Virus record (IMG/VR): IMGVR_UViG_3300032309_002614
Location: 1-64,000 of that record
Reading direction: 5' to 3' (one strand)
From: a virus
Lineage: Duplodnaviria > Caudoviricetes
Length of the DNA stretch: 64,000 nt
A model generated the notes under the pieces. It had not been told where the DNA came from. It made no database searches and saw only the letters and a program-made list of their open reading frames with translations. Shown here one piece after another: positions 27,549 to 37,104 of this stretch. Numbering within the stretch: position 1 is the first letter of the stretch; each line of letters begins with the position of its first letter. A program made the translations under genes and the position numbers.

Positions 27549-27933
27549 TAAGAAAAGACGTTGCAAAAATGCTCGCAATTATTTAATTAATTGGAGCATG
27601 GATAGCCGTAGTAAATTTCAAACTGAAGCTAAAAAATTTTTACGAAACTATTGGCAGCATAATATTGTGTTTGAAGAGTTTCCAATTGTTGGCACTCGTC
27701 TTACCTTGGATTTTTATAACGCTAATAAAAAAATAGCTATAGAAGTTCAAGGTAGGCAACACACTGGTTTTGTTAAATTCTTCCATGAAAATAGAATGAA
27801 TTTTCTTCATCAATTAAATAGAGACAAGAAAAAAGAACGTTTCTGCGAACTTAATGAAATTACACTTGTAACTATTTTCGAAAACGATACAATAAATAAA
27901 GATCTTTTCGAAAGTCAAGGTGTAATATTATAA
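27520..27933 (+). CDS. DUF559/Vsr-like endonuclease
   Basis: EEFPI...LDFY...IAIEVQGRQH...RDKKKE. Confidence 0.7.
   Translation: MAMEFLSLSNKKRRCKNARNYLINWSMDSRSKFQTEAKKFLRNYWQHNIVFEEFPIVGTRLTLDFYNANKKIAIEVQGRQHTGFVKFFHENRMNFLHQLNRDKKKERFCELNEITLVTIFENDTINKDLFESQGVIL
27920..27925 (+). promoter_or_regulatory. GTGTAA motif
   Basis: First G 15 nt before ATG 27935. Confidence 0.45.
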
Positions 27934-27934
27934 T

Positions 27935-28195
27935 ATGAAGAAGGACTCTCAATCAGAGAATTTTAAACAGTTCAAAATTCCTGAAAACTATTTTAATAAA
28001 CTATACGAGTTTAGTGGGTCCGATGAATCCTCGAAAGGATTTATAGTGGCTTATGTCTCTCAAGATGGATGCCCCATGATTTATACTAAAGTTGCTAATC
28101 CAATCGTAGAAATGGGCCTAGTTAAAGCTTTGGAAAAATATTTAGACGAAGTTAACAACGAACAGAATTCCATTGACATGACTGACGAGCCATGA
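27935..28195 (+). CDS. Hypothetical protein
   Basis: ORF track. Confidence 0.6.
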   Translation: MKKDSQSENFKQFKIPENYFNKLYEFSGSDESSKGFIVAYVSQDGCPMIYTKVANPIVEMGLVKALEKYLDEVNNEQNSIDMTDEP

Positions 28196-28201
28196 TAAAG
28201 T
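28173..28201 (+). promoter_or_regulatory. Sigma70-like promoter of dnaB
   Basis: TTGACA-17nt-TAAAGT with TG extension; ATG at 28211. Confidence 0.6.
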
Positions 28202-28210
28202 GCGCTCGGA

Positions 28211-29725
28211 ATGATTTATTCGTATGATTTAGAGACTCAGTTGCTCGCTGGACTGATTAAATATCCAGAAAGATACGCAGATGTCGCATCTTTCGTGACA
28301 GAAAAAGACTTCTGGAGTGAAAGCTCTAAGATAAATAGAACTATTTTTTGTGTGCTTCGTCAAGCAATTGACAATGGTGAAAAAATTGATGACGTAGTAA
28401 TATCTCAAAGAGTAAAGAATTTTGGGGTAACTTTTGAGGACAATATCAATCCATCTGATTATATTGAATCTTTGTCTCTCAAGAAGTTGTCCCCAGAATC
28501 TATTATAAGCGTTGCTAAAGAGTTAAAGAAGTACACTATTCGTCGCGAAATTGCGATGTGTGGTGCAGAGATCAACAAGAAGATGAAGTCTATATCTCCA
28601 TCTTCTGATTATAATGTTATCATTGAATGCGCTGATAAGCTTTATAATGATCAAATTAATCTCTATGAAACTGGTGCAGATCAACCAGAAAATATTTTTG
28701 ATGAAATGGAAGCTCTTGTTGAAGAGCGTGGAAATAATCCAGTCACTGAATTTGGATTCGCTGGACCGCATCCAAAAACTCAAGACATGTACGGTTCTCT
28801 TTTGAGACCGGGAAATATCACTGTTATCGTCGCTCGTTCAGGTGTTGGTAAGACTCAATTTTGTTTGGATTTTACTACAAAAGTATCTGAACAATATGAA
28901 GTACCAGTTCTTCATTTCGATAACGGTGAAATGAGCAAAGAGGAACTTATTTTTAGACAATGTGCTGCAATGTCCAAAGTTCCAATGTATCTATTAGAAA
29001 GCGGAAATTGGCGTAAGGCTGGCGCAGAAATTGTAGATAATGTTAGATCAGTATGGAAAACTATTAATAAACGATATAAGCATCTATATTATTATAATGT
29101 AGGCGGCATGAGCGTTGATGCACAAATCAGCGTTCTTAAAAGATTTTACTATTCCAAGATAGGTCGCGGAAATCCAATGATTTTTAGCTTTGATTATATC
29201 AAAGCTACAAGTGAAAATGGAGGTAATAAAACCGAATGGCAGCTTGTTGGAGAGATGGTTGATAAATATAAGCGTTGTATTCAAAGAGATATCGTAAGCG
29301 ATAAAGGCCCATGTATATCAATGATGACATCAGTGCAATCTAATCGTGCTGGTATCGTCACCAATAAAAATTCATCAAATATCACTGATGATGAAAGTAT
29401 CGTTTCTCTTTCTGATCGTATTACTCAATTTGTTTCTCACTTGTTTATTTTGCGACAAAAAACTTCTGATGAATTGCAGAATGAAGTTGGTTTTGGAACA
29501 CACAAATTCATTAATATAAAAGCTCGCCATCTTGGTAAAGATATAGCTGGAGCAATTAATCCAGTAAAACTTGCAGATGGAACTCTTAAAAAGAATTTTG
29601 TTAATCTTGAAATTGCTAATTTTTGTGTCTCAGAAAAGGGTGATTATAGAGATATCGTTGATGCTCTTGGTACAAACGCAACTGTAATTAAAGATAACGA
29701 TGACGACGTACCTAACCTCGATTAA
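28211..29725 (+). CDS. dnaB: Replicative DNA helicase (DnaB family)
   Basis: ARSGVGKT, DNGEMS, FDYI, SVQSNR, SDRITQ, KARH. Confidence 0.9.
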   Translation: MIYSYDLETQLLAGLIKYPERYADVASFVTEKDFWSESSKINRTIFCVLRQAIDNGEKIDDVVISQRVKNFGVTFEDNINPSDYIESLSLKKLSPESIISVAKELKKYTIRREIAMCGAEINKKMKSISPSSDYNVIIECADKLYNDQINLYETGADQPENIFDEMEALVEERGNNPVTEFGFAGPHPKTQDMYGSLLRPGNITVIVARSGVGKTQFCLDFTTKVSEQYEVPVLHFDNGEMSKEELIFRQCAAMSKVPMYLLESGNWRKAGAEIVDNVRSVWKTINKRYKHLYYYNVGGMSVDAQISVLKRFYYSKIGRGNPMIFSFDYIKATSENGGNKTEWQLVGEMVDKYKRCIQRDIVSDKGPCISMMTSVQSNRAGIVTNKNSSNITDDESIVSLSDRITQFVSHLFILRQKTSDELQNEVGFGTHKFINIKARHLGKDIAGAINPVKLADGTLKKNFVNLEIANFCVSEKGDYRDIVDALGTNATVIKDNDDDVPNLD

Positions 29726-30779
29726 TAATCAAGCAGAGGCTATTGAAAAAACGTTGATTGATCTTGGATATCAATTATCAGATCGCGGCAAATACTGGCA
29801 ATGCAATGCCGTTTATCGTGATGGTGACAATAGAACCGCTCTACAAATTTGGAAAGATACTGGAATCTGGAAAGATTTTGTAGCCAACACTTCTTATCAA
29901 CCTTTTAAAAGACTTCTTGAGCTTACTTGTAATGATGATTCAAAGATAGAAGAAATCTTGCAATCAATTAAGACTAATAATGATCCCTGTATAGAATCAA
30001 TCAGAACACCCAAAATGGAATCAGATCAATTTTTTGACCATGATGAAGTAAAAACTTTGCTTCCTCACTATGATTTTTACAACAAGAAGAACATTAGCTC
30101 TGAAGTTCTTGAGCTTTATCGTTCTGGTTTTTCTATGTCTGGAAAGATGAATGGTCGTTTCGTATTTCCAATATTCGATGAGAATAAAAAAGTAATCGGC
30201 ATCAGTGGACGACATCTATTGTGGAAGCCAAACAATTCTGCTCCTAAGTGGAAGCATATTGGCAGAAAAGGTAATTGGATTTATCCTATAAATCTTCAAG
30301 GCGAAGAAGATAATGTGTTTAAGAAAACTATTGAAGAGAAGCGTTCGATTATTCTTGTCGAAGGAATTGGCGACAGCTTGGCTTTATCTCAGCAAGGATA
30401 TTATAATCATCTAGTAGTTTTCGGCTTGGAGATAAGCTCTAAACAATTGTCTTATCTAATGTCATTGTCTATAGATGAGGTTGTTATTTCCACAAACAAC
30501 GATGCAGATAAAACTGACAATCGCGGACTTCAAGCTGCCATTAAAATATTCTTAAAACTTATTAAGTATATCGATATTGATAAAGTTAAAATCAAGCTTC
30601 CTATTTGTAAAGACTTTGGTGAAATGCTAGAGAAAGGTATTACAATGGAAAGATGGCACAATAAGAAAAGAGATAGAATAACTCAAGTAGAATACATTCT
30701 TGATTATGTATATAATAACGATAAGGATAAAAAGACAATTTCTATTCTTAAAGATTATTTAGAAAGTCTAAAGCTTTGA
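29700..30779 (+). CDS. dnaG: DNA primase (TOPRIM)
   Basis: GRFVFPI, ISGR, KWKH, LVEGIGD, NNDAD, KDFGE. Confidence 0.85.
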   Translation: MTTYLTSINNQAEAIEKTLIDLGYQLSDRGKYWQCNAVYRDGDNRTALQIWKDTGIWKDFVANTSYQPFKRLLELTCNDDSKIEEILQSIKTNNDPCIESIRTPKMESDQFFDHDEVKTLLPHYDFYNKKNISSEVLELYRSGFSMSGKMNGRFVFPIFDENKKVIGISGRHLLWKPNNSAPKWKHIGRKGNWIYPINLQGEEDNVFKKTIEEKRSIILVEGIGDSLALSQQGYYNHLVVFGLEISSKQLSYLMSLSIDEVVISTNNDADKTDNRGLQAAIKIFLKLIKYIDIDKVKIKLPICKDFGEMLEKGITMERWHNKKRDRITQVEYILDYVYNNDKDKKTISILKDYLESLKL

Positions 30780-31828
30780 AGGAAATATTATCAGCCAGTA
30801 AAATCAAGACACTAAAATCCTGCTCATGGCAGTATTGGTGCAAGTATCTTTTAAAGCTTCCAGATAAAACAAATTCTGGAGCTTTGATTGGCGATACTGT
30901 GCATATTATTCTTGAATGTCTTGGCCTAGCCAGACACAAAAAACATTATGACATTATTATAAAAAAACAAAATATCTTCGCTTCAAAAGCCATCAAGAGA
31001 ATGGTTTATAAACACATCAAGCGAAAGAATCTTAATGAACAAGAGAATCTGCAAGATATTTGTTCAATGGCTCTAAAAGGATTGATGTATGACTTTTTTG
31101 GCAAAAAGTTTGGTGAACCAACGGAAGTCATTTCAGAAAAAGATTTTGAGATCACCGTTCAAGAAGAAGATATTAATTATAAGATCAAGGGTTTTATTGA
31201 TAAACTCTTTATTTATGGTGATCATGGAGTTGTATTAATTAGAGATTTCAAAACGAATAAAAAGAAATATGAAGGCAAGGAAGTAACTGATAATCTACAA
31301 GATTATATGTATACTCTTGCTATTAGAAAGCTATACCCCCATCTTAAAGATATTAAGATGGAATTCTTGTTCTTGAAACAAGATTTAAATACTGATGGAG
31401 TTATACCCATGCAAGCTAAAGATAAATATGAGCTTCTTGGCTTTGAGCATGAACTTACTGGCTATCAAAAATATGCCGATTCTTTTACAGATAAAACTGC
31501 TATATCTAACATGGCGGCAAAGCAAGGAATGCCTAAAGATGGTAGTTTTGCTGGAAAACTTTTATGTGGCTTTGCTAAACAACCTAATCAAATTAAAAAA
31601 GACGGTACTCCAATGTGGTATTGTACTTATAAATTTGGATTTGATTATTTTGCAATTGTAGACAAAGATGGCAAAGTAAAAAAATCAGCATTTACTAAAA
31701 AAGAATTGCAGAAAATTAAACTTCAAGAAGGAGAAAAATTAATAAAAAGCAAGTACGATGGATGCCCATGTTTTAAACCTGTTGAAACTCCTGACGATTT
31801 TGATGCTTTCGATCTTGACAAGTTCTAG
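30776..31828 (+). CDS. PD-(D/E)XK exonuclease (AddB/RecB-nuclease-like), TTG start
   Basis: SASKI...C, GDTVHIILE, KGFIDK, IRDFKT, QDYMY. Confidence 0.8.
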   Translation: MKEILSASKIKTLKSCSWQYWCKYLLKLPDKTNSGALIGDTVHIILECLGLARHKKHYDIIIKKQNIFASKAIKRMVYKHIKRKNLNEQENLQDICSMALKGLMYDFFGKKFGEPTEVISEKDFEITVQEEDINYKIKGFIDKLFIYGDHGVVLIRDFKTNKKKYEGKEVTDNLQDYMYTLAIRKLYPHLKDIKMEFLFLKQDLNTDGVIPMQAKDKYELLGFEHELTGYQKYADSFTDKTAISNMAAKQGMPKDGSFAGKLLCGFAKQPNQIKKDGTPMWYCTYKFGFDYFAIVDKDGKVKKSAFTKKELQKIKLQEGEKLIKSKYDGCPCFKPVETPDDFDAFDLDKF

Positions 31829-31842
31829 TTCTTCACTAGAAT
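31815..31842 (+). promoter_or_regulatory. Sigma70-like promoter of polymerase operon
   Basis: TTGACA-16nt-TAGAAT; favours ATG at 31852. Confidence 0.6.
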
Positions 31843-32610
31843 TTGGACGACATGCTACCATTGTTTAAATCTCATTTCAGTATAGGAAAATCTATACTGA
31901 CTTTAGATGATCCAAAGAAGGTCACTGAAGGAGGATCTGATAGTGTATTTAAGATCGCGAAAGACAACGGTCTTAAACAGGTTATATTAGTCGAAGACTC
32001 GTTGATTGGATTCTTTGAAGCGTACAAGCGCAGCAAAGAAATGGGTATTCAATTAATATTTGGCCTAAGACTTTCAATGAGAAACTCTGCTCTTCCAGAA
32101 GATGAAGGCAGTCAACATAAAGTAATTATATTTGCTAAGGATGATATTGGGTGCAAGTTACTCAATAAAATCTATTCAAAAGCCTTTTGCACCAATTCTG
32201 GATTTCTAAGCTATAGCGACTTGAAGGAGTTGTGGAACGAAACTTCTCTCAAGCTCGCTATTCCATTTTATGATTCATTTATTTATATAAATAATCTATC
32301 TTTTGGAAATGCTGTTCCTGATCTTTCTTTCACTAAAGCTACTTTGTTTTACGAAGATAACGCCTTAGCTTTAGATTATATTCTTCAAGAGAAGGTAAAA
32401 GAATTTTCTATCAATAACGAGATGCCAATGGTTAAAGTTCGCAGTATTTATTACAATAAGAAATCTGATGTCAAAGCTTTTATGGCATACAAGATAATTT
32501 GTAATCGATCTTTCGGCAAAGACCGTTCACTAGAAAAACCAGAGTTGCCTCATTTTTGCAGCGATAAATTTAGTTTCGAAGCTTGGAAGGAAGAAAATGC
32601 TACGATTTAA
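31843..32610 (+). CDS. Stand-alone PHP domain of DNA polymerase III alpha (probable start 31852)
   Basis: SHFSIGKS, AKDNGLKQVILVED, KEMGIQLIFG, IIFAKDDIG match the DnaE N-terminus. Confidence 0.8.
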   Translation: MDDMLPLFKSHFSIGKSILTLDDPKKVTEGGSDSVFKIAKDNGLKQVILVEDSLIGFFEAYKRSKEMGIQLIFGLRLSMRNSALPEDEGSQHKVIIFAKDDIGCKLLNKIYSKAFCTNSGFLSYSDLKELWNETSLKLAIPFYDSFIYINNLSFGNAVPDLSFTKATLFYEDNALALDYILQEKVKEFSINNEMPMVKVRSIYYNKKSDVKAFMAYKIICNRSFGKDRSLEKPELPHFCSDKFSFEAWKEENATI

Positions 32611-33226
32611 TAAAGAACAAAAGTATATTTGTTTCGATTTTGAAACCTGTCATCTAAATCTGCTTGATGATAGCAATAAGCCTTGGCAATTAAGTTATCT
32701 GATTGCTAAAGGCAGCAATATACTTAAAGAAGTAGATAATCATATCTATTGGCCCGATCTTAAGCTCTCAGAAGGAGCAAAGATTGTGACTCATTTTGAT
32801 GAACGTAAATACCATTCGTTAGCTGCCGATCCAAAAGAAGTTCTGGAGGCTTTTGAAGATTATATTTATAATGATGAGTATCTGATTATTGGACAAAATC
32901 TATTGGGCTTTGATGTGTATATTCATAATACATATAGAAGACTGATGGGTAAGAAAAGCGACTTCTCTTATGTTAAGAGAATTATAGATACAAACTGTAT
33001 CGCTAAAGCTATTAAAAAGAATCTCAAACCTCAAAGAGATTCTGATTTTACTTTTTGGCAGTATAGATTAAATGATTTTCGCGAGAAAGGTCTAAAGACA
33101 AGCATTAAAACTCAGTTGAAAGAATACAAGATTGACTTCGATGAGAACATGCTTCACAATTCCATGTACGACGTTCAGATGAATTTTAAGATTTTTCAGA
33201 AGCAGCTTTGGCAAATTGAAATATGA
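32597..33226 (+). CDS. DEDDh 3'-5' exonuclease (DnaQ/epsilon-like)
   Basis: FDFET, GQNLLGFD, HNSMYD. Confidence 0.85.
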   Translation: MLRFNKEQKYICFDFETCHLNLLDDSNKPWQLSYLIAKGSNILKEVDNHIYWPDLKLSEGAKIVTHFDERKYHSLAADPKEVLEAFEDYIYNDEYLIIGQNLLGFDVYIHNTYRRLMGKKSDFSYVKRIIDTNCIAKAIKKNLKPQRDSDFTFWQYRLNDFREKGLKTSIKTQLKEYKIDFDENMLHNSMYDVQMNFKIFQKQLWQIEI

Positions 33227-34983
33227 ATTTTTTACAAGACATTAAAACTTATGATAACGCCATGCTTCCCGGCGTTCGATTGCCACAAATCTCCATCGAA
33301 AGTAAATATTACGATTTGTTGAGCATACCCACTTCTTCAGATAATTTTACATTTCTGAAGACTTTGTGTTGCAAGAGTTTAAATAACTTAGGATTAAATA
33401 ATAATCAATATGTTGAGCGAATGGAGATGGAATTGGAAATCTTCAGAGAGCTTGATTTCGTTGATTATGTACTTCTCAACTGGGATATTCTTAATTACTG
33501 CCATGAAAATAATATTCCAACTGGTGCTGGTCGTGGTAGTGCTGCGGGTTCTTTGGTTCTATTTATTGTGGGTGTTACGAAAGTTGATCCCATAAAATAC
33601 GAACTATTCTTTGAGCGTTTCGTTAGCCGTTCTCGCGCTAAGAAGATTATCAAAGATGATATTACTTATCTTGATGGTTCTCTTCTTCCTGACGTAGATA
33701 ACGATATCAGCTATGATAGACGCGCAGAAGTAATTAAGTATATTGAGCAGAAACATCTTGGCAAAACATCGAAGATCTTAACTCTCAATACTCTTTCTAG
33801 TAAGCTTTGTATTAAAGAGTGCGGAAAGATTGTTGGCGCTTTATCAGAAACAGATGTTAATGAAGTCAGTGACAATATTCCTAAATTATTTGGACGGGTT
33901 TTTGATTTGGAAGAGGCTTACAAAGCTAATGATAAATTTAAAGCTTGGGTTGATCAAAATAAATTCGTATTTGAAATAGCTAAGAAGATCGAAGGACTGA
34001 ATAAGAATACTGGTGTTCATCCTTCTGGTATTGCTATTTCTTATTATAAGATCGAAGAAGTTTGCCCAGTTCAAAAGACTTCTGATGGTGATTTAGTTAG
34101 CGGCTATGATATGAATTATGTAGCCGAACTAATGGTTAAGTTCGATGTTCTTGGCTTGAGAACTTTGACTGTAGTCAGCGAAGTTTGTAAAAGACTTAAT
34201 ATTGAAATGACTTCTATTGATCCAGAAGATCCTTTCATTTACGAAAGCTTTCAGAATCTTCGTACTCCACAAGGTCTATTCCAAATTGAAGCGGAAACCA
34301 ACTTCAAGGTATGCCGTAAAGTTAAGCCCAAGTCTCTTGAACAGCTTAGTGCGGTAGTTGCTATTGCTCGTCCCGGTGCATTGGACTTCGCTGATCAGTA
34401 TGCTACATATTCAGCTTCAGGAGTATTTCAGCTTGTTCACGATTTCTTTAAAGAAGAGCTTTCATATACTGGTGGCATTCCTCTTTATCAAGAGCAGTTG
34501 ATGAAGATGGCTGTGCGTTTGGGATTCACTCTTGATGAGTCAGAGCAGTTGCGACGTATCGTTGGTAAAAAGAAGGTTGATCAAATGCCAGCATGGCAAG
34601 GAAAAATTCGTCAGAAAGTTACAGAGCAGAATTTAGATATAGCAATTGGAGACGTATTATGGAAGGTGGCTGAAGACTCAGCGAATTATTCATTTAACAA
34701 ATGTTTATTACCAGAAACTGTAGTTGAAAGCAAAGATGGTCTAAAATGTTTAAGTGAGATTAAAAAAGGAGATTCTGTTTTAGCTTATGATGTAGAAAAT
34801 AATATTGATCATTTTGTACAAGTTGTAGATATTCATAAGAATGAAGTTGAAGTCTACGAAGTGGAAATGGAAGACGGAACAAAAATTTGCTGTTCTATGG
34901 ATCATAAATTTCTATGTGGAGATAAAAAAATGCATACTCTCAGAGATATTATTTCTCAACGTTTAGAGATTATGTGTAAATAA
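33223..34983 (+). CDS. dnaE: DNA polymerase III alpha catalytic core, N-part, fused to split-intein N-half
   Basis: GRGSAAGS, LFFERF, PDVDND, GVHPSG, KFDVLGL, LYQEQ, YSFNK|CLLPET; no PHP domain. Confidence 0.95.
   Translation: MNFLQDIKTYDNAMLPGVRLPQISIESKYYDLLSIPTSSDNFTFLKTLCCKSLNNLGLNNNQYVERMEMELEIFRELDFVDYVLLNWDILNYCHENNIPTGAGRGSAAGSLVLFIVGVTKVDPIKYELFFERFVSRSRAKKIIKDDITYLDGSLLPDVDNDISYDRRAEVIKYIEQKHLGKTSKILTLNTLSSKLCIKECGKIVGALSETDVNEVSDNIPKLFGRVFDLEEAYKANDKFKAWVDQNKFVFEIAKKIEGLNKNTGVHPSGIAISYYKIEEVCPVQKTSDGDLVSGYDMNYVAELMVKFDVLGLRTLTVVSEVCKRLNIEMTSIDPEDPFIYESFQNLRTPQGLFQIEAETNFKVCRKVKPKSLEQLSAVVAIARPGALDFADQYATYSASGVFQLVHDFFKEELSYTGGIPLYQEQLMKMAVRLGFTLDESEQLRRIVGKKKVDQMPAWQGKIRQKVTEQNLDIAIGDVLWKVAEDSANYSFNKCLLPETVVESKDGLKCLSEIKKGDSVLAYDVENNIDHFVQVVDIHKNEVEVYEVEMEDGTKICCSMDHKFLCGDKKMHTLRDIISQRLEIMCK
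34702..34980 (+). mobile_element. Split intein N-half (93 aa)
   Basis: CLLPETVV (block A)...CSMDHKF (block B) then stop codon. Confidence 0.9.
34974..34979 (+). promoter_or_regulatory. GTGTAA motif inside the last IntN codons
   Basis: First G 14 nt before ATG 34988 of the endonuclease. Confidence 0.55.
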
Positions 34984-34987
34984 TAGC

Positions 34988-35935
34988 ATGAGCGTTTTTA
35001 AAGATGAAGGTTTAAAAAAAATCATACCTATAGATATTTTTAATTATTGTATAATAGACAAAAAAACAAAAAAAGAAATTACAAATCTATTTCCTTCTAG
35101 GAATGAAGGTATTTATTATTTAAATAAATTTATAAATTTTTTATCAAAATATCATAAAATTTCTATTCAAGAATATATTGAAAAATATTTTAATGAAAAA
35201 TGGCCTATTTGTCCAATATCTAAAGAACCAGTTGGCTATAAAACCACAGGAATTGGACTTGTTCTTTCTAAGTTTAAAAGAGGCAAAGTAGACAAAAACA
35301 ATAGCGTGGCTTTTAGAAAAGCTTGTGAAAAGTTTTCCCAAGAAAGACTTGGTAAAAACAATCCTATGTATGGTAAAAAAGCTTGGAATACTGGATTAAA
35401 AAAAGAGACTGATGAAAGAGTGGCTATAGTAGCAAAAAAAAGAACTGGTAAAAAAATGTCTCAAGATTCAAAAGATAAAATGAAAGAAGCTAGAGAAAGA
35501 CATCCTTTAAAAGCTAGGCACACTACAAAACATTCGGAAGAATCAAAAGAAAAAATGAGAAAAGCCACCATTAATCGTTGGCAAATTGGTGAATTTTCAT
35601 TCAAAATTACTTCTATAGAGAAAAAAGTAGATCAATGGCTTAAAAATAACTGCGTTAACTACGTTTTTCAACACGGTATCGGCGGTTTTGTTGCCGATTT
35701 CGTTTGCTTAGATGAAAAAATTATAATAGAATGTCAAGGAGACTTCTTCCATTGCAATCCGTGTTTTGAAAAATATGCAGAACCAAAATACGATATACAA
35801 AAAAGAAATCTATATAGAGATAAAATAAAGAAACAGAAGTATAAAGATTTAGGATGGAAGTTGATAGAATTGTGGGAAAGCGACATTAACTCTGGAGAAT
35901 TTAAAAACATTTTAAGATGCGAACTCAAAAAATAA
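34988..35935 (+). CDS. Free-standing homing endonuclease (NUMOD3-like repeats + Vsr/DUF559-like domain) between the intein halves
   Basis: GKNNPMYGK, GKKMSQDSK, HSEESKEKM; ADF...IIECQGDFFH...RDKIK. Confidence 0.8.
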   Translation: MSVFKDEGLKKIIPIDIFNYCIIDKKTKKEITNLFPSRNEGIYYLNKFINFLSKYHKISIQEYIEKYFNEKWPICPISKEPVGYKTTGIGLVLSKFKRGKVDKNNSVAFRKACEKFSQERLGKNNPMYGKKAWNTGLKKETDERVAIVAKKRTGKKMSQDSKDKMKEARERHPLKARHTTKHSEESKEKMRKATINRWQIGEFSFKITSIEKKVDQWLKNNCVNYVFQHGIGGFVADFVCLDEKIIIECQGDFFHCNPCFEKYAEPKYDIQKRNLYRDKIKKQKYKDLGWKLIELWESDINSGEFKNILRCELKK

Positions 35936-36030
35936 TTTCGATTAAACCTTTAGGTTTAAAAAATACTTTAGATTTAGAAGTTAACCATTCAGATCATAAT
36001 TTTTATGCTGAAGGCTTAGTTTCTTCGAAC
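35917..36030 (+). mobile_element. Split intein C-half (38 aa)
   Basis: Block F DLEV..DHNF, terminal SSN followed by Ser+1. Confidence 0.9.
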
Positions 36031-37104
36031 TCTCACTCTATCTCTTATGCTATTTTGGCTGCGTGGACTGCTTATCTAAAATTCAAGTATCCGCATGAAT
36101 TTTTCTTGGCATTGCTTCAGTTGTCTAAATATGAGCCTGATTCACATCAAGAAATTAACAAGATTTCAAAAGAGCTAGTATATTTTGATATCAAACTTTT
36201 ACCTCCTGATCTAGCAAAATCTGCTCTTGATTTTAAGATTGAAGATGGCAATATTCGTTTTGGATTAAATTCTATTAAAGGCGTTTCTGAAAAGACGTTA
36301 CAAGCTCTTCAGAGTTTCAGAGAAACGAATACTCCAACAAAGTTTGATATTTTTATCGCCGCTAAACAAGCTGGTATTAATATCGGTCTACTTTCTTCTT
36401 TAATTCAAGCTGGAACTCTAAGTTCATATACTCATAGACGATCACGCTTAGTTCTTGAGGTGCAAACTTTTAATATCTTAACTGATAAAGAAAAGAAGTT
36501 CGCTTGTAGTGTTGGGCCTAAATATGACTATGATATTTTAACTATCGTAAGTGAATGCGCTTTCAAGGGTCAATCTCTTAATGAAAGCGGTAAACCTTTC
36601 ATGAATGAAAAGCGAAAAATTACATTCAAGAAAAAGTACGATGAATACAAGAAAATCTATGAACAGAACAAAGATCATGAGAAGTTCGCGAACTGGGTTT
36701 TTGAAAATAGGCTCTTAGGTTATACTCCAACTATTCGACTAAAGACTATTTTTCAGCAATCTGAGTGTACGTTTACAGATACAATGGAATTTCAATCTGC
36801 TTTTAAAGAAGACAGAGTAAAGATGGTTGGAGTGATAGATGATGTTTATAAGGGCAAAACTAAAAAGTCTAATTCTACATTCTATAGATTCCAATTGAAA
36901 GATGAAGTTGGCAGCGTAAGTGCGATGTTTTTAGATGGTGGAAAACACCAAAGATTAACAGAGTATCTTGAAGACGGTCTTAAAATTCCAGATAAGGAAA
37001 GTATTGTAGTTTTCACTGGCAGAAAGGGTGACGATGTGCTATGGATAGAGAACATCGGAATCTTGGACGACAAGATCTACATGAAGTTATCTGACATAGA
37101 ATGA
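35917..37104 (+). CDS. dnaE: Split-intein C-half fused to DNA polymerase III alpha C-part (HhH, OB fold)
   Basis: MRTQKIISIK...HNFYAEGLVSSN|SHSISYA...YLKFKYPHEF, IRFGLNSIKG. Confidence 0.95.
   Translation: MRTQKIISIKPLGLKNTLDLEVNHSDHNFYAEGLVSSNSHSISYAILAAWTAYLKFKYPHEFFLALLQLSKYEPDSHQEINKISKELVYFDIKLLPPDLAKSALDFKIEDGNIRFGLNSIKGVSEKTLQALQSFRETNTPTKFDIFIAAKQAGINIGLLSSLIQAGTLSSYTHRRSRLVLEVQTFNILTDKEKKFACSVGPKYDYDILTIVSECAFKGQSLNESGKPFMNEKRKITFKKKYDEYKKIYEQNKDHEKFANWVFENRLLGYTPTIRLKTIFQQSECTFTDTMEFQSAFKEDRVKMVGVIDDVYKGKTKKSNSTFYRFQLKDEVGSVSAMFLDGGKHQRLTEYLEDGLKIPDKESIVVFTGRKGDDVLWIENIGILDDKIYMKLSDIE

Noticed and set aside
30776-31828. Nuclease as Cas4 of a CRISPR system
   Set aside because: No cas1/cas2 or array in the window; context is a replication/recombination operon.
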